Source: Paragordius varius (Eukaryota > Animalia > Nematomorpha). Taken from it: DNA of 64,000 nucleotides. The notes beneath the pieces were generated by a model that saw only the letters and a list, made by a program, of their open reading frames with translations, made no database searches and was not told the DNA's origin. The translations under genes and the position numbers were made by a program. Location of the stretch: contig OZ176052.1 of the NCBI GenBank assembly GCA_964247055.1, forward strand, positions 4,774,001 to 4,838,000, given 5' to 3'. Positions 1-15,200 of this stretch are shown piece by piece. Numbering within the stretch: position 1 is the stretch's first letter; every line of letters starts with the position of its first letter.

Positions 1-213
1 TCTAATTTAAAATGATTGTAAAAACGTTTTTATTGATTGGGAAAACGTGTCGATTAACACTTGGAAATTGATTTACGGAAGGATGTTTTCTCAGGCCGGG
101 AAAATATATTATCCCATCGTTTTTCAATAAAAAGCGCAAATACTCTGTGATTTATTTTTATGATTCAAATCCTTTTGTATCTGGAATAAAAAGACACATC
201 CTTAGTAAATGTA

Positions 214-3200
214 ATGGATTTGGATGAAGAGGATACCCTTGATACCTGTATTATGTTGCATGCATTCACATTTTTCAAGTGCTATTTGACACGAAACACT
301 AAATTTGGTTGGATGAATGGTGCTTTCCAACTTATTTTGGACGATTTGTTCGCAAACATGATTATACAGTTCCCGTGGAAGGTATTTTTTATAACTTTCT
401 CATATTTTTCATTAAATTATTATATTTGTTTTAATTAACTATGAATTTTTATTTTTATGGTTCTTTATTTAATGGTTACTGTAAAGGGTTCAAAAACAAT
501 ACACGAATGATTTGTTTTTAGGTGAATAAACCATAGTCTTTTAACTTAAAATTTTGAATAATGTGTGTAATTTTGACCATTAATTGGTGGTGAATTATTG
601 TTCTCTAATTTACATAGGTTGTAAAGAATTTTGCTTTTATATTATATGATAAAAATTTGTGCCTATTTTGCTTTTTTAGCTTTTTTTATATCTAATATAT
701 AAATGCACTATCAAAAAAAAGATGAAAATAAATGAGTATTGATTTATTCATTGAAGCATTATTTCTGATCTATTTTAACAATCACATAAAACTATATTTT
801 GCCATGTTTGTTCATAAAAATTATAATTTAACATATGTATTCACAATTTACCCCCTATAATGATACTTCTCATATGTTATTTTCAGTGCATTTCTATAAA
901 CTTACTAGCCCATAATGCTTTTTTCCGATTTTTATTAGGCCCCAATTTTTTACATATCGTTCAATGTTTAACACGTCTTCTCACAAACTTACTTGTTTGT
1001 GATGGATTTTTCATAATAAATTAAATACAATAAAAAATGAAATTCACTATTTTTTACTAATTTATATTTTAAATATCTACAGAGTTATAATTTTAACTAC
1101 CAATAAAATAATATATAGTTTTTTAAGGGTCAGGATGCGTATAATGATCCATGTTTTTTTCCCACAATGGGGTAAATATGAGGGAGATATATATTTTTTT
1201 ACCTAAATTTATTTTAAAATTTATATTTTACATACAAAATTTTTGTTTAGATACGTGAACTAAAGAATGACAGTGATGACAGTGCCCGATTGCTTTCGAA
1301 TGCCGAAAGCGCTGATCTGGTTCCATTCCAAGAATTGCCTCAATACTATGAGGAATTACTTTTATTGGTAACAACTTATTATAACATTTTTATGATACGT
1401 TTTCAGTTGGTTTTATATATATTGACCAAAGGAAAGTTAGCATTTACAGTATGCACATTAATATATTCATTATTATTGCCGATTGACAATACAGTAGTGT
1501 ATGTTAAAAAGTATAAATGGTTGATTACGATAATATACCTATCTTTCTTCATAAAATTTTAATTAATTATATGGACAAAATTTGTTTTATATCATACCCT
1601 ATGTAATACCAATAGGCCAACCATAATGTAATCAATTACTGTATTTTTCCTTTAAATCATTTGTTAATATATAGTTAGCCGATCTTTACCGACATGAAAA
1701 TGGGTATAATTTACCCAATAAATTTTGGAGTGCTACCACATTACCTAATCCAATCAAAACTGCAGTCCATTCTCACACTGATTTTGATGTGCGTTTACAT
1801 AAAAAAGTTCAAAATGGAGCATATTTATGTGACATTAATCTTTACAAAGTTAGTTAAAATTAATTTATCATATGTAATATTCGCAGTAAAAAATGGAATA
1901 TGTACAGTTTTTCAATTTTTTTAAACATGATTTGTTAAATATAACTCATCATTATGGGTATGCAAAACAAAGGGAGTTGTGAATTAAAACCTAATTATAT
2001 TCCATTATTTACTCTTAAGCAAGTCAAATTACCCTTGAACAACTTAAATTTCTTCTCGAACAATTTAAATTCACCCTAAAATAAATTGTGTTTTTCAAAT
2101 TTAAATATTACCTATATTTTATATAAAATAAAAATTCGTAAATCAAATAATACTGAAAAAATAATAAACTAAATCATAAAGATACATTTCATAATGAGTT
2201 ATTTAAGCCCGAAAACACATAATTTATTTTTAGGGTGAATTCGAATTGTTCAAGAGTGATTTCGAATTGTAAATGGTATATACCATTTAATTATATTAAA
2301 TGTAGGAAATATCATAAAAAATTGAGTGTTTAAAATAGTTGTCTTTTAGTTTTTACATTTTGTCTGTATAATAATATATGGATTTATTTGAAACTTTAAT
2401 TTTTTAATAAATATAGTTTATATCAATGCTGTGTGATGCCAATATTAGCGTTTATCCAACCCAATTTTTCCCTTTCCTCAAATGTTTAATAGCTATGGCA
2501 CGTCAATGTCCTACATGTTCTCATCACATATTTGTCCTCTTAAAAAATGCTGGTATACATATTATTTTTTAGATTTTTACAGTAACATAACTTTTTTATG
2601 TCAAAAATAAGGCACTCTCACGGTTGATTGTTTGCCAGTTAAGTATGATTAACCGGTGTAACTGTTTTTTAAATGCAGCGATTTATGGTTATAACCAAGG
2701 GGCGAAAATGGCTTCGCGGGCCGCATTACATTCGTCTGGCTTTATTCGAAATTATGGGCATTAATAAATTTTTTATTATATATCAACCATAAAATTGTAA
2801 AAAAAAATTTTATTTTATACCGTTTTTACCAGTAAATAGTATTTTTTTTACATTTTGGAATTCTTATTTATTTAGCATTTTCCAAATTTTTTATGAGACC
2901 GAATTCGGGCTTTGTCTTAGACACCCCTGGTTTAAACAGTAAAGTAACGCCATTTTTGCAAATACACAATTAAAAGTGTAATCAACATTAGTTATTGACA
3001 TGCAAGCAAAAAAATTAATTTAAATTTTTTACAGTTAAATATAGATATCTATAATTTATACAAGTAGATATGCTAAATAATGTGCCAATAATTTCGACTG
3101 GTTAATTTTATAAGCGCGGCATTACAGTTTAGGCGGTCGGACCATAAAACTTTTCATTATTTATTTTTGTTTTTGTGAACATAGCTCATCATGCATCAAT

Positions 3201-6200
3201 CATTAGCTGGGAACATTTTGGTACTACATTCACGAAATATTATCAAGCCTTCACACCAAAATCGATAGCTTCACATTATGGCGATTGGCAAAAAGTCCAA
3301 TCAATATCACCACCTAAAACAGCTAAGTTTTCTTTGTCCAAAAAATCGGTTAGATTTCAACAACAATCAAGGGATGAACCCGATGCCATGTTTGATACCG
3401 GTGTCTATATATAATCTTTAAATTTATGCTTTTATTTTAGTCCTTTTTTTTGGAAGTTAAATTACATGTTTTTTTAGCTAAATACAATATCTACATTTTT
3501 TGAAATAAATTAATCATTATATTAACTGGAAATAAGAAAAATTATAAGATTATGGAATTTTTAATTATAGGACTAAATATTACAAATAACTTGTATAAAC
3601 TATATTTTGGGGTAAAATTATATATTTGTCTAATTTTAGTCCTTATTTTAAAACAACTTAATTTTATTACGTTTGTTTATTTTCATGTTTTAATTAAATA
3701 TTAGAAGAAGGATACAACTTTAGTCATAAATTTTTTTATCAATAAATCGGTAAGAACTATAATGAGTTGATAAAAATAATACTTAAGATCTATAGTTAAC
3801 CTATTAATTGAACAATTAGACAATTATAATATTATTTTCATTGTATACATATAACATATTTTAAGGGATAAGATGATGTATGATATACTATTTACATTTC
3901 ATCACCCTTAAACAATACAAATTCACTCCTGAACAATTCAAATTCACCCTAAAAATAAATTATGTGTTTTCGGGATAATATAACTCAACATTAATATGAA
4001 ATATATTTCTAAGACATAGTTTATTATTTTTTCAGTATTATATTAATTTTAAACATAATTTCATATTTCAAAAATAACACCTAATTTATTAGGGTGAATT
4101 TGAATTGTTCAAGGGTGAATTTGAACTGTAAATGGTATATTTGAAGTCACATAAATTTACAAATTAATAATTTTATAAAAATGATTAATCACGTATACAT
4201 AAAAATTTTAATGTTTTAGCTCGTAAACAATATCCAATGTTAAAGATATTATTATATATAATATTTGATCAAAAGTAATTAAAAGATTTCAACAACACTT
4301 TCAATTAGATCATCAAGATAAGCAGTCGATGGATTCAGATGGCCTGGCTATTAATGACTTTGAACTTCAAGGAATGATTATTATATTGGACTTGATGACA
4401 GCCGTCGCATCAAATGTATAGAAATAATATTTATTATTATGTATACATACTATAATAAGGCATTTATACAATAAAAAAATTAATTTATAAACAAGATAAA
4501 ACGCAAAAACCACAAGATAGTTATATTTTTCATGTAGACAACCATGCTTTTTTAAACCTTGATTTTTCCTTTCCTAACCTATTTGATTTAGATTGTGAAA
4601 TATATAATTGAGAGTATTACCAATTAACATATTTATTATCCGTTATTTTGCAACCTAACTATGGGTGTTGGAAAAATCGTATTGTCTTTTATTGTCGTTT
4701 AGTTTTTACATTTTGTCATTATTATTTAGTTTTTACTGTAATAACCAGTCTGACTGACTGCTCATAAATCAGTTATTCATTGTTATAAAGAATGATTATT
4801 ACCACATTTTCTCTTTTAATTATTACGAAACGTTTAAACTTAAAGGGAAATATTTTATAAAGAACTGTCATACTTTCATATTTTTTTTTAATATACAATA
4901 TTTTTGGTTGCAATATAATGAATATAAATTTGATAATACGCTTTATTTTATATATCAAGTCTAATTACAAAGGTGTTTCATAAAAATTAATGTTGTCCTT
5001 TTTCAAAAAAATTTTTGTCTTTAAGTTTTGTCTTAAAATTTCAATGTTTGAATAAAATATGTTTTATAACTCAACCAAATATAATAAAATAAAACTAACC
5101 ATTCAAATCGATTTAATAGTGTCTTTAACAAGTTATAATTTTGATAAATTTAATTTCCTTATTAACATATGTTTAAAAGGATTTGAGTGGTTAGTTTACG
5201 GTCATTGCATGAAATGTCAGACTTAATCTTACGTCTTACCAAAAATCTTACCAAAATATATCTATGAATTTTTTTATTTTAATAAAAATTATGGATTTGT
5301 TTGTGTTTGCAGGATTTAGATGCGAAATTCTTTTTTACTCAATCATTCGGATCGGAACTTAACACGTTAAATTCAACGATAGAATCATCCGTTCCAAACT
5401 CATTTATCGATGTGCTATTGAAGTTTTTACATGTCACAAATAACCATATACCACTTTTACTAAAAGCTAAAATAATGGATTTTTTGACGGCACTGCTAAC
5501 CTTTGATTTCATACCTAAGCTATATGATGGTAAAATGTTAAAATTTTTAAAATATCATGAAATACTAATACTATATGTTTTTATTACAAAAATCTTATAA
5601 TTAAGAAAAATTTCGCAATCTTAAGGTTATATTGCAAAAATGTCTCTAACTAGCACAGCATAAAAAGACAAACTTTTTTAAAAAAAACCAATAAATAGTT
5701 TTTAACTATATACATATAATAAAACAACTAAATTAAATTTTTTTATACGATGTGTGTGAAAAATTAAATATCATATTTTTACGAGTTTATAAAATAAATA
5801 GCGTTGGAGCAAATCAAAGAAATTTTTATAAAAAAGGTTAAAAAATGAGTCAGGCTAAATAATCCGTACAAAAGAAATTTGACATATCTTATTTTTATTT
5901 TAAACTATTTTTAAAGGAGATAGAATGCTAACATGGGAGGATAAAAGAAAAAATTTGTTAGCTTGTTCCCAAGTGACTTGTTATGTTTGGAATGAATTGC
6001 ATAAACATCATGTAATCAAAATTATTTTTTTTTATCTTCAATTGAATGGTTTGATTTGGCTTATATTTTTTTATAATAATTAGCTTTTACCAGATAACAA
6101 AAGCCGTACAGAAACGTCCCATTATTTCAGGGTAATTATTTATCGTTATTTTAGTTGAATGTTTTATAATATTTATGACTTGAATATAAAGTATTAATTT

Positions 6201-9200
6201 TATAAAAACGTTTAATGCATATCAAAATATAGCTCGCAACCATTTTTATAAATACTATTTAATCAGTAAAAGTTAGTTTACTTTTTATAAAAATTTCCGC
6301 AATGGAATATATATTTGTTGGATTTTTATATTATATAGTTAAACATCATTTTTAATATCGTATCCACATTTATGTTTCAATTTTTGTTTTAAAATGCTTT
6401 AATCTACTAGGTCATTTTAGAGCAATACGAATCCACCGTCCTAGAAATTTATCCATTAACTCTGGCTTTCTTACGCTTTATTTGCGCTTGGTTACGTAAT
6501 TTAACCACCATTATATATGAGTTTTGGCCCAATGATATACCGTTACTTTGTGCATCTATGCTTAACATAAAAAACTTTGTTGCACAAAAGTTTGACGACT
6601 CCTCCCCACCTCAGTACAAAGGTGTAAATGAATCCGAAAAATTTACTTTGGAAAATTTTAGACCTGACGAATTCAAAACTACAACAGGCTCTAATCTAAA
6701 TATTAATAATCCTCTTTCTGCATTTACGCAATATGTTTGTGAGACTGTTTTACTTCCATTGTTTTCACGCACCTACAAAGATGAAGTGGAAAAGGTTGGT
6801 TAAAGTTTGTCTTTACAAATTTTTTATAAGGCGCTTTTTTCAAAAGGTAAATTGACAAATAAGTATTTAGTGCTACTAATTTGTTGTTATTTAGGTTGTG
6901 TTATGTCAATGCTTCATTGTTTCCTGAGAAAAAATAGAGTTTATTACATTTTATTCATCTATTAACTCGGGGGTGTCCAACACAAATGGCTTCGTGGGCC
7001 GCATTTTTGGATCAAAATCTCCGGGCCTCATTCGCAAAATTTAAATATTTTATTAAATTTTAATATAAAACTTCTAAAATTATATTATTTATTTTAATAT
7101 TTTTTGCTAGTTCATTGCCAAATTCAGGAAGATTTATATCCAGAAAATTTGTTTAAAAAATAATTTCCTTGAATTTTGTAAAATTTTGCTATTAATTCTC
7201 GTGGACCGCAAAAATATTTTGGAAGGCCGCATGTTTGCTATCATGTCTCAATTTATACTTTTAAAAGGTTACATTATACTTTTAAAAGGTTACAGTGATA
7301 TGTTTTTCAATATTTGATAGAATAATTATACAAAACATATTTTAGAATGAATTAGCTGGTCAATGTCTTTGTTATTTGCATTTACTGGTACAATTCCCTG
7401 TAAAAATTGCAAAGAAAATTCGAATATTTTCCAATACGAAAGATTTTAATGTTACCATGCTAACTAATAATAGTTTATCTACACCATTTACTTTACAATT
7501 GGCTCATGCATTGGTATATTTGTTTGATCAACTCAATAAAGGACCACTAACACAAATCGTAAATTTTATTGTCTATATATAATTCATTAAATATTTTTAA
7601 GTGATTAATTTGGCGTATATTTTTCCCTGGGGTAAAAATTATATAAAATATTTATATTGTGATAACTTTTTTTTATTAATTTTTAAAATTATATTATCCT
7701 CAAAGTTTTGAGTTAATTTTCATGACATTTGCTTGTAAATCAAATGTAAAAGTCAATACATCATAATAAAACAGTCAAAAAATATTGGGCAAATTATAAT
7801 TATACGATTTCGAAAAATTTTCAATATATCTGAAAACTTAAATAATTTTTAAATTTATTCTTTGTATTTTAACCAACATCATTCTGAGCTCAAAATGCTT
7901 TGGTGAAGAAATGGTTAGATTTGTAGACCGATATTATAAATAATAAAATATAAATTATTTATGTAAGATCTTAAAATTTTATGCCACAGATATTTTTCCT
8001 TATCAAACAAACAACTCAATATATGTTTGAAACAAATCCCCTCATGACATTAACACGCTATGAAAGTTTATTTGAATCCACTAAATATTATCCTAACTCA
8101 TGGTTAATATATTATGTTACACCTCATGCACTTGGTATGATTGCTACCATTTCGGGCTCAAACAATAATGGATTGAAAGATTTCTTGAGTTTTGCCAAAA
8201 TTTTAATGAAAGAAAATCAACAAAGTTTTGGGTAAGCGCACATGCACTGCAAAAAATTAAATTATAGAGTGTAAAAACTAAATGACATATATATTTAAAA
8301 ATACTTTTTCAACCTTGATTACTCTCAATGTCTTAACAATCTCTATTCCCTATATAAATAAGGAGTATAAGGTATAAATCAAGATTTAAAAATATATTAT
8401 CTGTTATGAAAATATGTCTTTTTTTACGTTTTGTTTTTGTATTTTGTCTGTATGTTTTTTTATTAAACTGAAAAATTATTTTAAAAATGTGGTTTTTATC
8501 TTGTTACCAATAATCAATTAGATATACGCAATTGTTTCAAACTTCCATGTTATCTAACCTTGTTCAAGCAATCATTATACCCCACATTGGATTATTCCTA
8601 AAAATGTTGGAATATCCTTCACAAAATTATTCCTTTAACATAGATCAAAATCGATCTCAAACGTTAATAAACAATAATTTCTTTCAAGATTGTATTGATG
8701 ATATCATTTATCGAGCATTGGAAATTATATATACGGTTAGTTTTTTAACTAATATTTATATGGAGATGTTTTGACCGCTTAAAAATAATAATTAAACCAC
8801 ATATAGTGTACCATTTACCTTTCAAATTCACCCTCGAACAATTCAAATTCATCCTAAAATATATGTGTCTTTTAAGATTAAAAAATACCTTTATTTTTTA
8901 ATATTTTTAAAATATAAAATTCTGTTTAAAATTAATATGATGCTGAAAATATAATAAACTATGTCGTAAAAAATATTTCATATTAATGATGAGCTATGTT
9001 GGATTGAAACATAATATATTTTTAGGGTGAATTTGAATTGTTCAAGGGTGAATTTTGTTCGATGGTAAATTTGAATTGTAAATGGTATATATACCAAATA
9101 TGAAAACATTTGGTTACAATTAAAGTAATTTTAATAATCGTACCCATAGTTTTGGATATTACTTATCGATTATGATTCATTCATTTCAGTGGCTATACAA

Positions 9201-12200
9201 TGTTAAAACAATCTGACAATTATAAATATTATTATATTATTGTTTGTTGTAATTAATATGGAATAGACATAAAACTAATTTGGCTGCTGTAATTTTGTTT
9301 TATCTCATTAAATTACAACATCTTTTTATTTCTATATTAATGATTGATTGGACTGTAAGAGATATAATCTATCAGATTAGCTATTACTTTGTGACTATTC
9401 GAATTGACCCTATTAAAAATACAATAAAAATTATTTTTAGCGGAATATATTTGGTAGCAAATGCAGTCACTATTTTAATACATTTAGCCATGTTAAATAG
9501 ATGGTGTATTAAAATTAAGATTATTTAAAATGTTGAAGTCGAAAAGTGGCAATGATAAATTAAATAATTACACGTTTTGATAATTTAATTTATTAATTTT
9601 AATATATATATATATAATGTATATATATTTTATATAATTATTTCCATACGATATATCTCTTTTTTGTGCAAGTTACCTAAGAAATGATGTTTTTACATCT
9701 TTTTCATAATTCTTGCGACATGGAAGGAAATTCTTTGACCAATCTTTGTTTTCTATACGAATTTTGGCAAGCGTATTTCAACAATCTCACTTATCATATT
9801 TTATACTGACAACTGTGTGAACTACTGATTTTCTTTTTTATTTATATCCTTTTTTTAGTTTTACTTATTAAACCTTAAAAATTAGTTCGATATTTTAATA
9901 CATAATTATGGGTGACAAAATTTTTTTATTTAATATATATATATATTTGGTGACCGGATATAGGATATATTACCACAATAATTTGTACAGAGAGTTATAA
10001 AATATTTGATCAAAAAAAATGGTTGAAAATTATTAAAACACTTGTGATTATTACAGCTTGCTGTTACAACGAATCCTGAATATGCGTGCCGTTTTGTCCA
10101 AACCTTAGAATCATTAATAGTTCAAAATGTGTCTGGGCTTTCTACAGCAACATCCGATACAATAAAAATCAAATATAATATTTTACAATCATTTGCTCAA
10201 TACATTGATGCATATGGATATCAAGGTACACTTGCTTCCTTTTTTAAAATATGTTTTTTTGACTAATATATTGCTACTAAAGCTAAATAAAATAAGACAT
10301 TATTTAACCTATTTTTTGGATGATATATTAGAATTTCCCGTCACGTAAATTTTGTTTTATATAGCGAATATTATCATTTGATTTTTGAGATTTATAAAGT
10401 AAATTCATTTTATGTTGATGATAATTTGATACTACGATAGATTACATATATATACAATACTTGTCATTTTTTTAATGTTTTAATCATTTTCTCTCTTTAA
10501 TACATTATACATTTATTTTGATAATAGATAATGTGAATAGAGAAACGAGATCCTCGCTTTTTATGCAATGTCGGACAAACATTATGGTTTTATCACTTTT
10601 AGCTGATATACCCATATCTCTTCACACAGATAATAATTATATGAACGGATCTGAATCCAATCTTCCTGTAAATTTTGGGGAAAAATTAAATTTTAATATG
10701 GGTCTCTCCGTATTTGCTAAATATCTTCTAGGATTAACGGATCTTAAAGGCATTCCAATCGGTATTTATCAAATATTGTAGATATATTATAATACATAAT
10801 TTTATTTTTTATATTTTTTACTTCTTTTCGTTTTTTTAGATACCGGTACTGTTCAACCATTCCGATCCTCTTTGGATGCCATTTATGATTTGATTGCTTC
10901 AAAACCATTTTTGTTCCCTTCCTTCATGGATTTGTATGATAATGATATTGTAATTATGAAAGAAAACTCACCCACTAATACCAATAACGTTACAAGACAC
11001 ATATCATGTGCAGAGCAACAATTTTTTTATGGCAAAATATGTTATGCATTCATTTTCAAACTATGTAATAGCTCAGTGTATGGGAATGATCTATCCATAA
11101 ATTCTGACCATATACTCAACAGAATGCGTGTACAAGATTGTACAACGCTAACTTACAATACTCTTGTAGCAATGTGTGAAAATGAAACAGGTTGGTATTT
11201 TAATTATGAAATTAGGTATTAATAAACTTTTAAAGTTTAATTTAACGTTTTTTTTTGATTTTGTCGAAGGGATGGTGTTTTATTTTTTGATTCGTTTGAC
11301 CTTATATCGTGTCTGTAATGGTACTCCTCATAATGACCTGATTGCGAGAAAAATCTGTATTTTATAAGCTTAATTACAATTAATTTTCGAAATTATATAA
11401 ATATTCATTTTTCAAAATTATATAAAATTTATTTTTTGTTTAACCGGTTGAAAAATATGTTCATGGTTTAAAAAATTGGATTCTCTAAACTATGTAAATT
11501 TATGTTTAAAAATAAAAGCTGGATAATTGCCATAATTTACGCAACTACTTTAAGGGCCGTTATTTATAACACCACACATATCATTATGTGGAGAGAAGCT
11601 ATTTTATTTGATAGTGATTTAGGCAATATTTTAGTTTAATCTATCTATATTTTATTTATTCATAAATACACATTATATATGATTGAATGGTGTGTAAATT
11701 ATTCATTAGCAAAAGATCTCGAAGACTCAAAAAACTCAAACGATAATTTGTTGAATGCTCTGGCTAAACTTATGGCGAATTCTTCTTCATCACCATTTAA
11801 ATGTAACCATTATGCTAGTCATATCCTTGTGTTTTGTAGCCAACTTACATCTATTATCCAATATTTGAACCGATTGCTAGCATTGGATATGTGCAACAAC
11901 AAAATCTCTCATGAACAAAACGACACAGCCACATCTGTCTTACATTCAACATATTTAAAAAACGGTATATATTTGGGATACATACATATGAGTGCGTTTT
12001 TAAATTATATATATAAGAGGAGCATTTATAATTTTGATATTTAAACCGATAAATTGTTTTTTTAAAACATACAATTCGGTTTAAGCACTTTGTTCAGAAC
12101 AAAAACTGCGAATCGCCAAAGTTTACCCAATTATTCTCTGTGATTAATAAAAATATATGATTAAATCTTTTTTTTATCTCCTACATATAGTTTATATAAA

Positions 12201-15200
12201 GATGCAATATTTAAATACCTTTACCCATTTCCTCAATTATTTTTCCATTGAACTGAAACGATGTAATGATCTGGGTTTACCATCCTACCTTGCTTCATAC
12301 TTGTTTTGTCTGTTAATGCTTCCATTCCGTATCCACAATGGTATATATTATCTATCCATGTAACTTTAGAAGCATTATGTGCGTAAAAATTTTGAGAAAA
12401 AAATAATTCTTTTCTTAAAATTACAACAATATTATTTTCTGTTACTAGAATCATGAATATTTATTAAAAATATTAAACTTTTTTAATTAGTTGTATGGGA
12501 CTAATTTTGATATATTATGATATAATTTAAAATTTACAGCACATTTAAAATCTAATTAATAATAATAGAATGTATTATTATAAAATTATACATTTGAAGT
12601 TAGTTTATTAAACCGGGAAAATAATTGACGGATAATTTTAGCGGGAATATAACTGATGTTCTCATGCATTGTCATAACTAAGTAATATTAGATGGTAAAC
12701 CTCGCTGACGCTATTATTAATTATAATAATAATATTTGTTTTAATTTCATTTCGAGGAATAGTACAAATCAATAATTTGGTTATATGCCTAAAACATTAT
12801 ACAATTATCATAAAATTTTAATATAATAAAGTTGTTTGGCAAAATAATTTGTTAACAGTTTACCAAATAATAAAAGAATTTAATGCCTATAAATTTTCTT
12901 TTCAGATGGTGACGAAACCCGATCGGATACATTTAAGCCCGTTTTATGGTGTCTTTTCTCCTTTACGGAATATGAATGCATTAAGGGTCCAAGCATACCC
13001 TCCAATATTGTGTTAGATCCAGCCGGCTTCACAAAACTCGTCCAATTTATTGGTTTATTTTTTATTAAACATGACTTTTATTTTTTTATTTTAGTTATTA
13101 ATTTTTGGATTGAATTTAACTGTTTTTTTCCTCATTTTGCATAAAGAACAAAATTTTGTAACCATTGATGAACATGGTAACTCCTATACCAATATTGACA
13201 TGGCTCGTTTATTTGTTGAAACTTATTTCGAAAATATGATTGATGAAAATGATTTTGAAATTGATCAGGTATTTATTTTTTCAAAAGCTATATATAAATT
13301 CATTTTGTCTTAAAAAGGTGGAATTACACACAAAAATGAGCATTTATTTTATCAAAAAGTTTATTTTGTTTTTTTAATATATTCAATTTGTGTGGAAAAC
13401 TTCTCTAATTTATGCGCTTAAATAGTTTTGCACAATCAAAATTAAAAAGTTTTTTAAATAGTTGTCTTTCTTAATAATTAAAAAAATGATTTATACATTA
13501 TACAACTTTTTTTCTAATTTTTATAATTATGGAATGCCATTTTTAATCTTTTTTAATATACTTAACTATAAAATTATTTATATATATATTAATGTTTGTA
13601 TCATTTTTAATTTAAATAATTTTACAATTTTTTTGAAAAGGAAACACAAAAAATTACGGATTATATTGTTTTGCGAAACGTTCAAACATTCATACGGAAT
13701 ACGCAAAAGCAATATTTAATGAGTTTGGGTAAAGTCGTTTGCATGTTAACTGATATAACCGAAAAAGATTCAATCAATATGTGTGTGGTACAGGACGCCC
13801 TTAAAAATATTTGCGTTTCAGTTAAAATAAATTCTTGTTGGAAGGGTAAATCTCAAACACTCTTTTGCAGCCAAAAAAGCTATTTGTTTCACACATACAT
13901 GGATATCATGGAACTTTTATTGAACCAAGTATTTTTTATCCTTCTAACTATTTTTATATCGTAGTATATGCAATTTATTAATGTTTAATTGTAAAGAGAT
14001 TGTTTAATTTCCCCTGAAATTTTGGGCAAAAAATCATCGCAAAGGGTTGTTTTATTATTAATTATTTTTGATATTTGCATTATGTAACAGGGGTGTTCAA
14101 CACGCCTCTTAGACATATTTGTGACGCACAAAAAATTAAATCCATAATTTGCAAAAATATGCACATAAAATTTTAGTAAATTTGGTAATATGAAAAAATT
14201 CTTTTTTGAATAATATTGATCGGCAACGAACTGGAAAAACCTGTTTTATTGTGTTGGCATTTTACAGTCGTATGTTTGAAATCTAATAAAATATATAATG
14301 CCCCATTTATATTTCGAATATGCAGCCCGCTCGTTTTTTAGTCGTAAATGCGGGCCACGAAGCCAATTGTGTTAGGCACCCCCGTTTTAAAGTAATTGAA
14401 CTAATTCCCATTTATTTTGATATCCTAATTGGGTTTTTACTGAAAATAATTAATATTATCGCTTATGTATACACTATCCACGGTCACCACCGGTTTTATA
14501 CCACACAAATATAACTATAAATGCAATCAAACAGCATGTTATTAATTGTGATTAAACAAAAATCGATATAAATTTTTCATTTTATGATTATATTTTTTGT
14601 ATTTTATATGCATACCTTTTATGCCTCGAATTTACCCTTGATTTCGAATACACCCTCAACCAACTTCAAATTTACCCTAAATAAATTCATGTTTTTGAAC
14701 AAAAATACCTTGATTTTTTATATTAAAATACTTAATTTTTTAGGGGGAATTTAAAATGTTCAAGGGTGAATTAGTATATCATGGGGCAAACATATATGGA
14801 ATTTTTTTTATCGGTTCCATAAGCGGCACAGTCACAAACATCAATCCATAAGTAACCGGTCAAAACCCAAATAAATTTTATTTTTATTACTATTTTTCCA
14901 TTTTATAGATGTTGAATGATAATTTTTCGCCCCAACTTTCACAACCAATTTCATCCATACTATTGAATATATCTACGGTTATGTCTATAACGTATATTTC
15001 CACTTTCCTAAACCCCTTACATTGTCTCATCAATTACATGTGTGCAAAAAATGGTGGGGATAAAAAATCGAATGTCACAATAATAAGCAGCTTGGAGAAA
15101 CTGACAGAATATCGCCCTTTAATAAGTCAATTTATACAAAGTACGTGTAAATATTTAGCGTGCTATAATTTTTTTCCGATAGTAGATTAAAAACTAATTG

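Noticed and set aside
6796-6895. Possible microexon with 24-48 nt introns in Nup205 after YKDEVEK
   Set aside because: Several GT/AG combinations fit and none is forced by homology, so it was not counted among the micro-introns.
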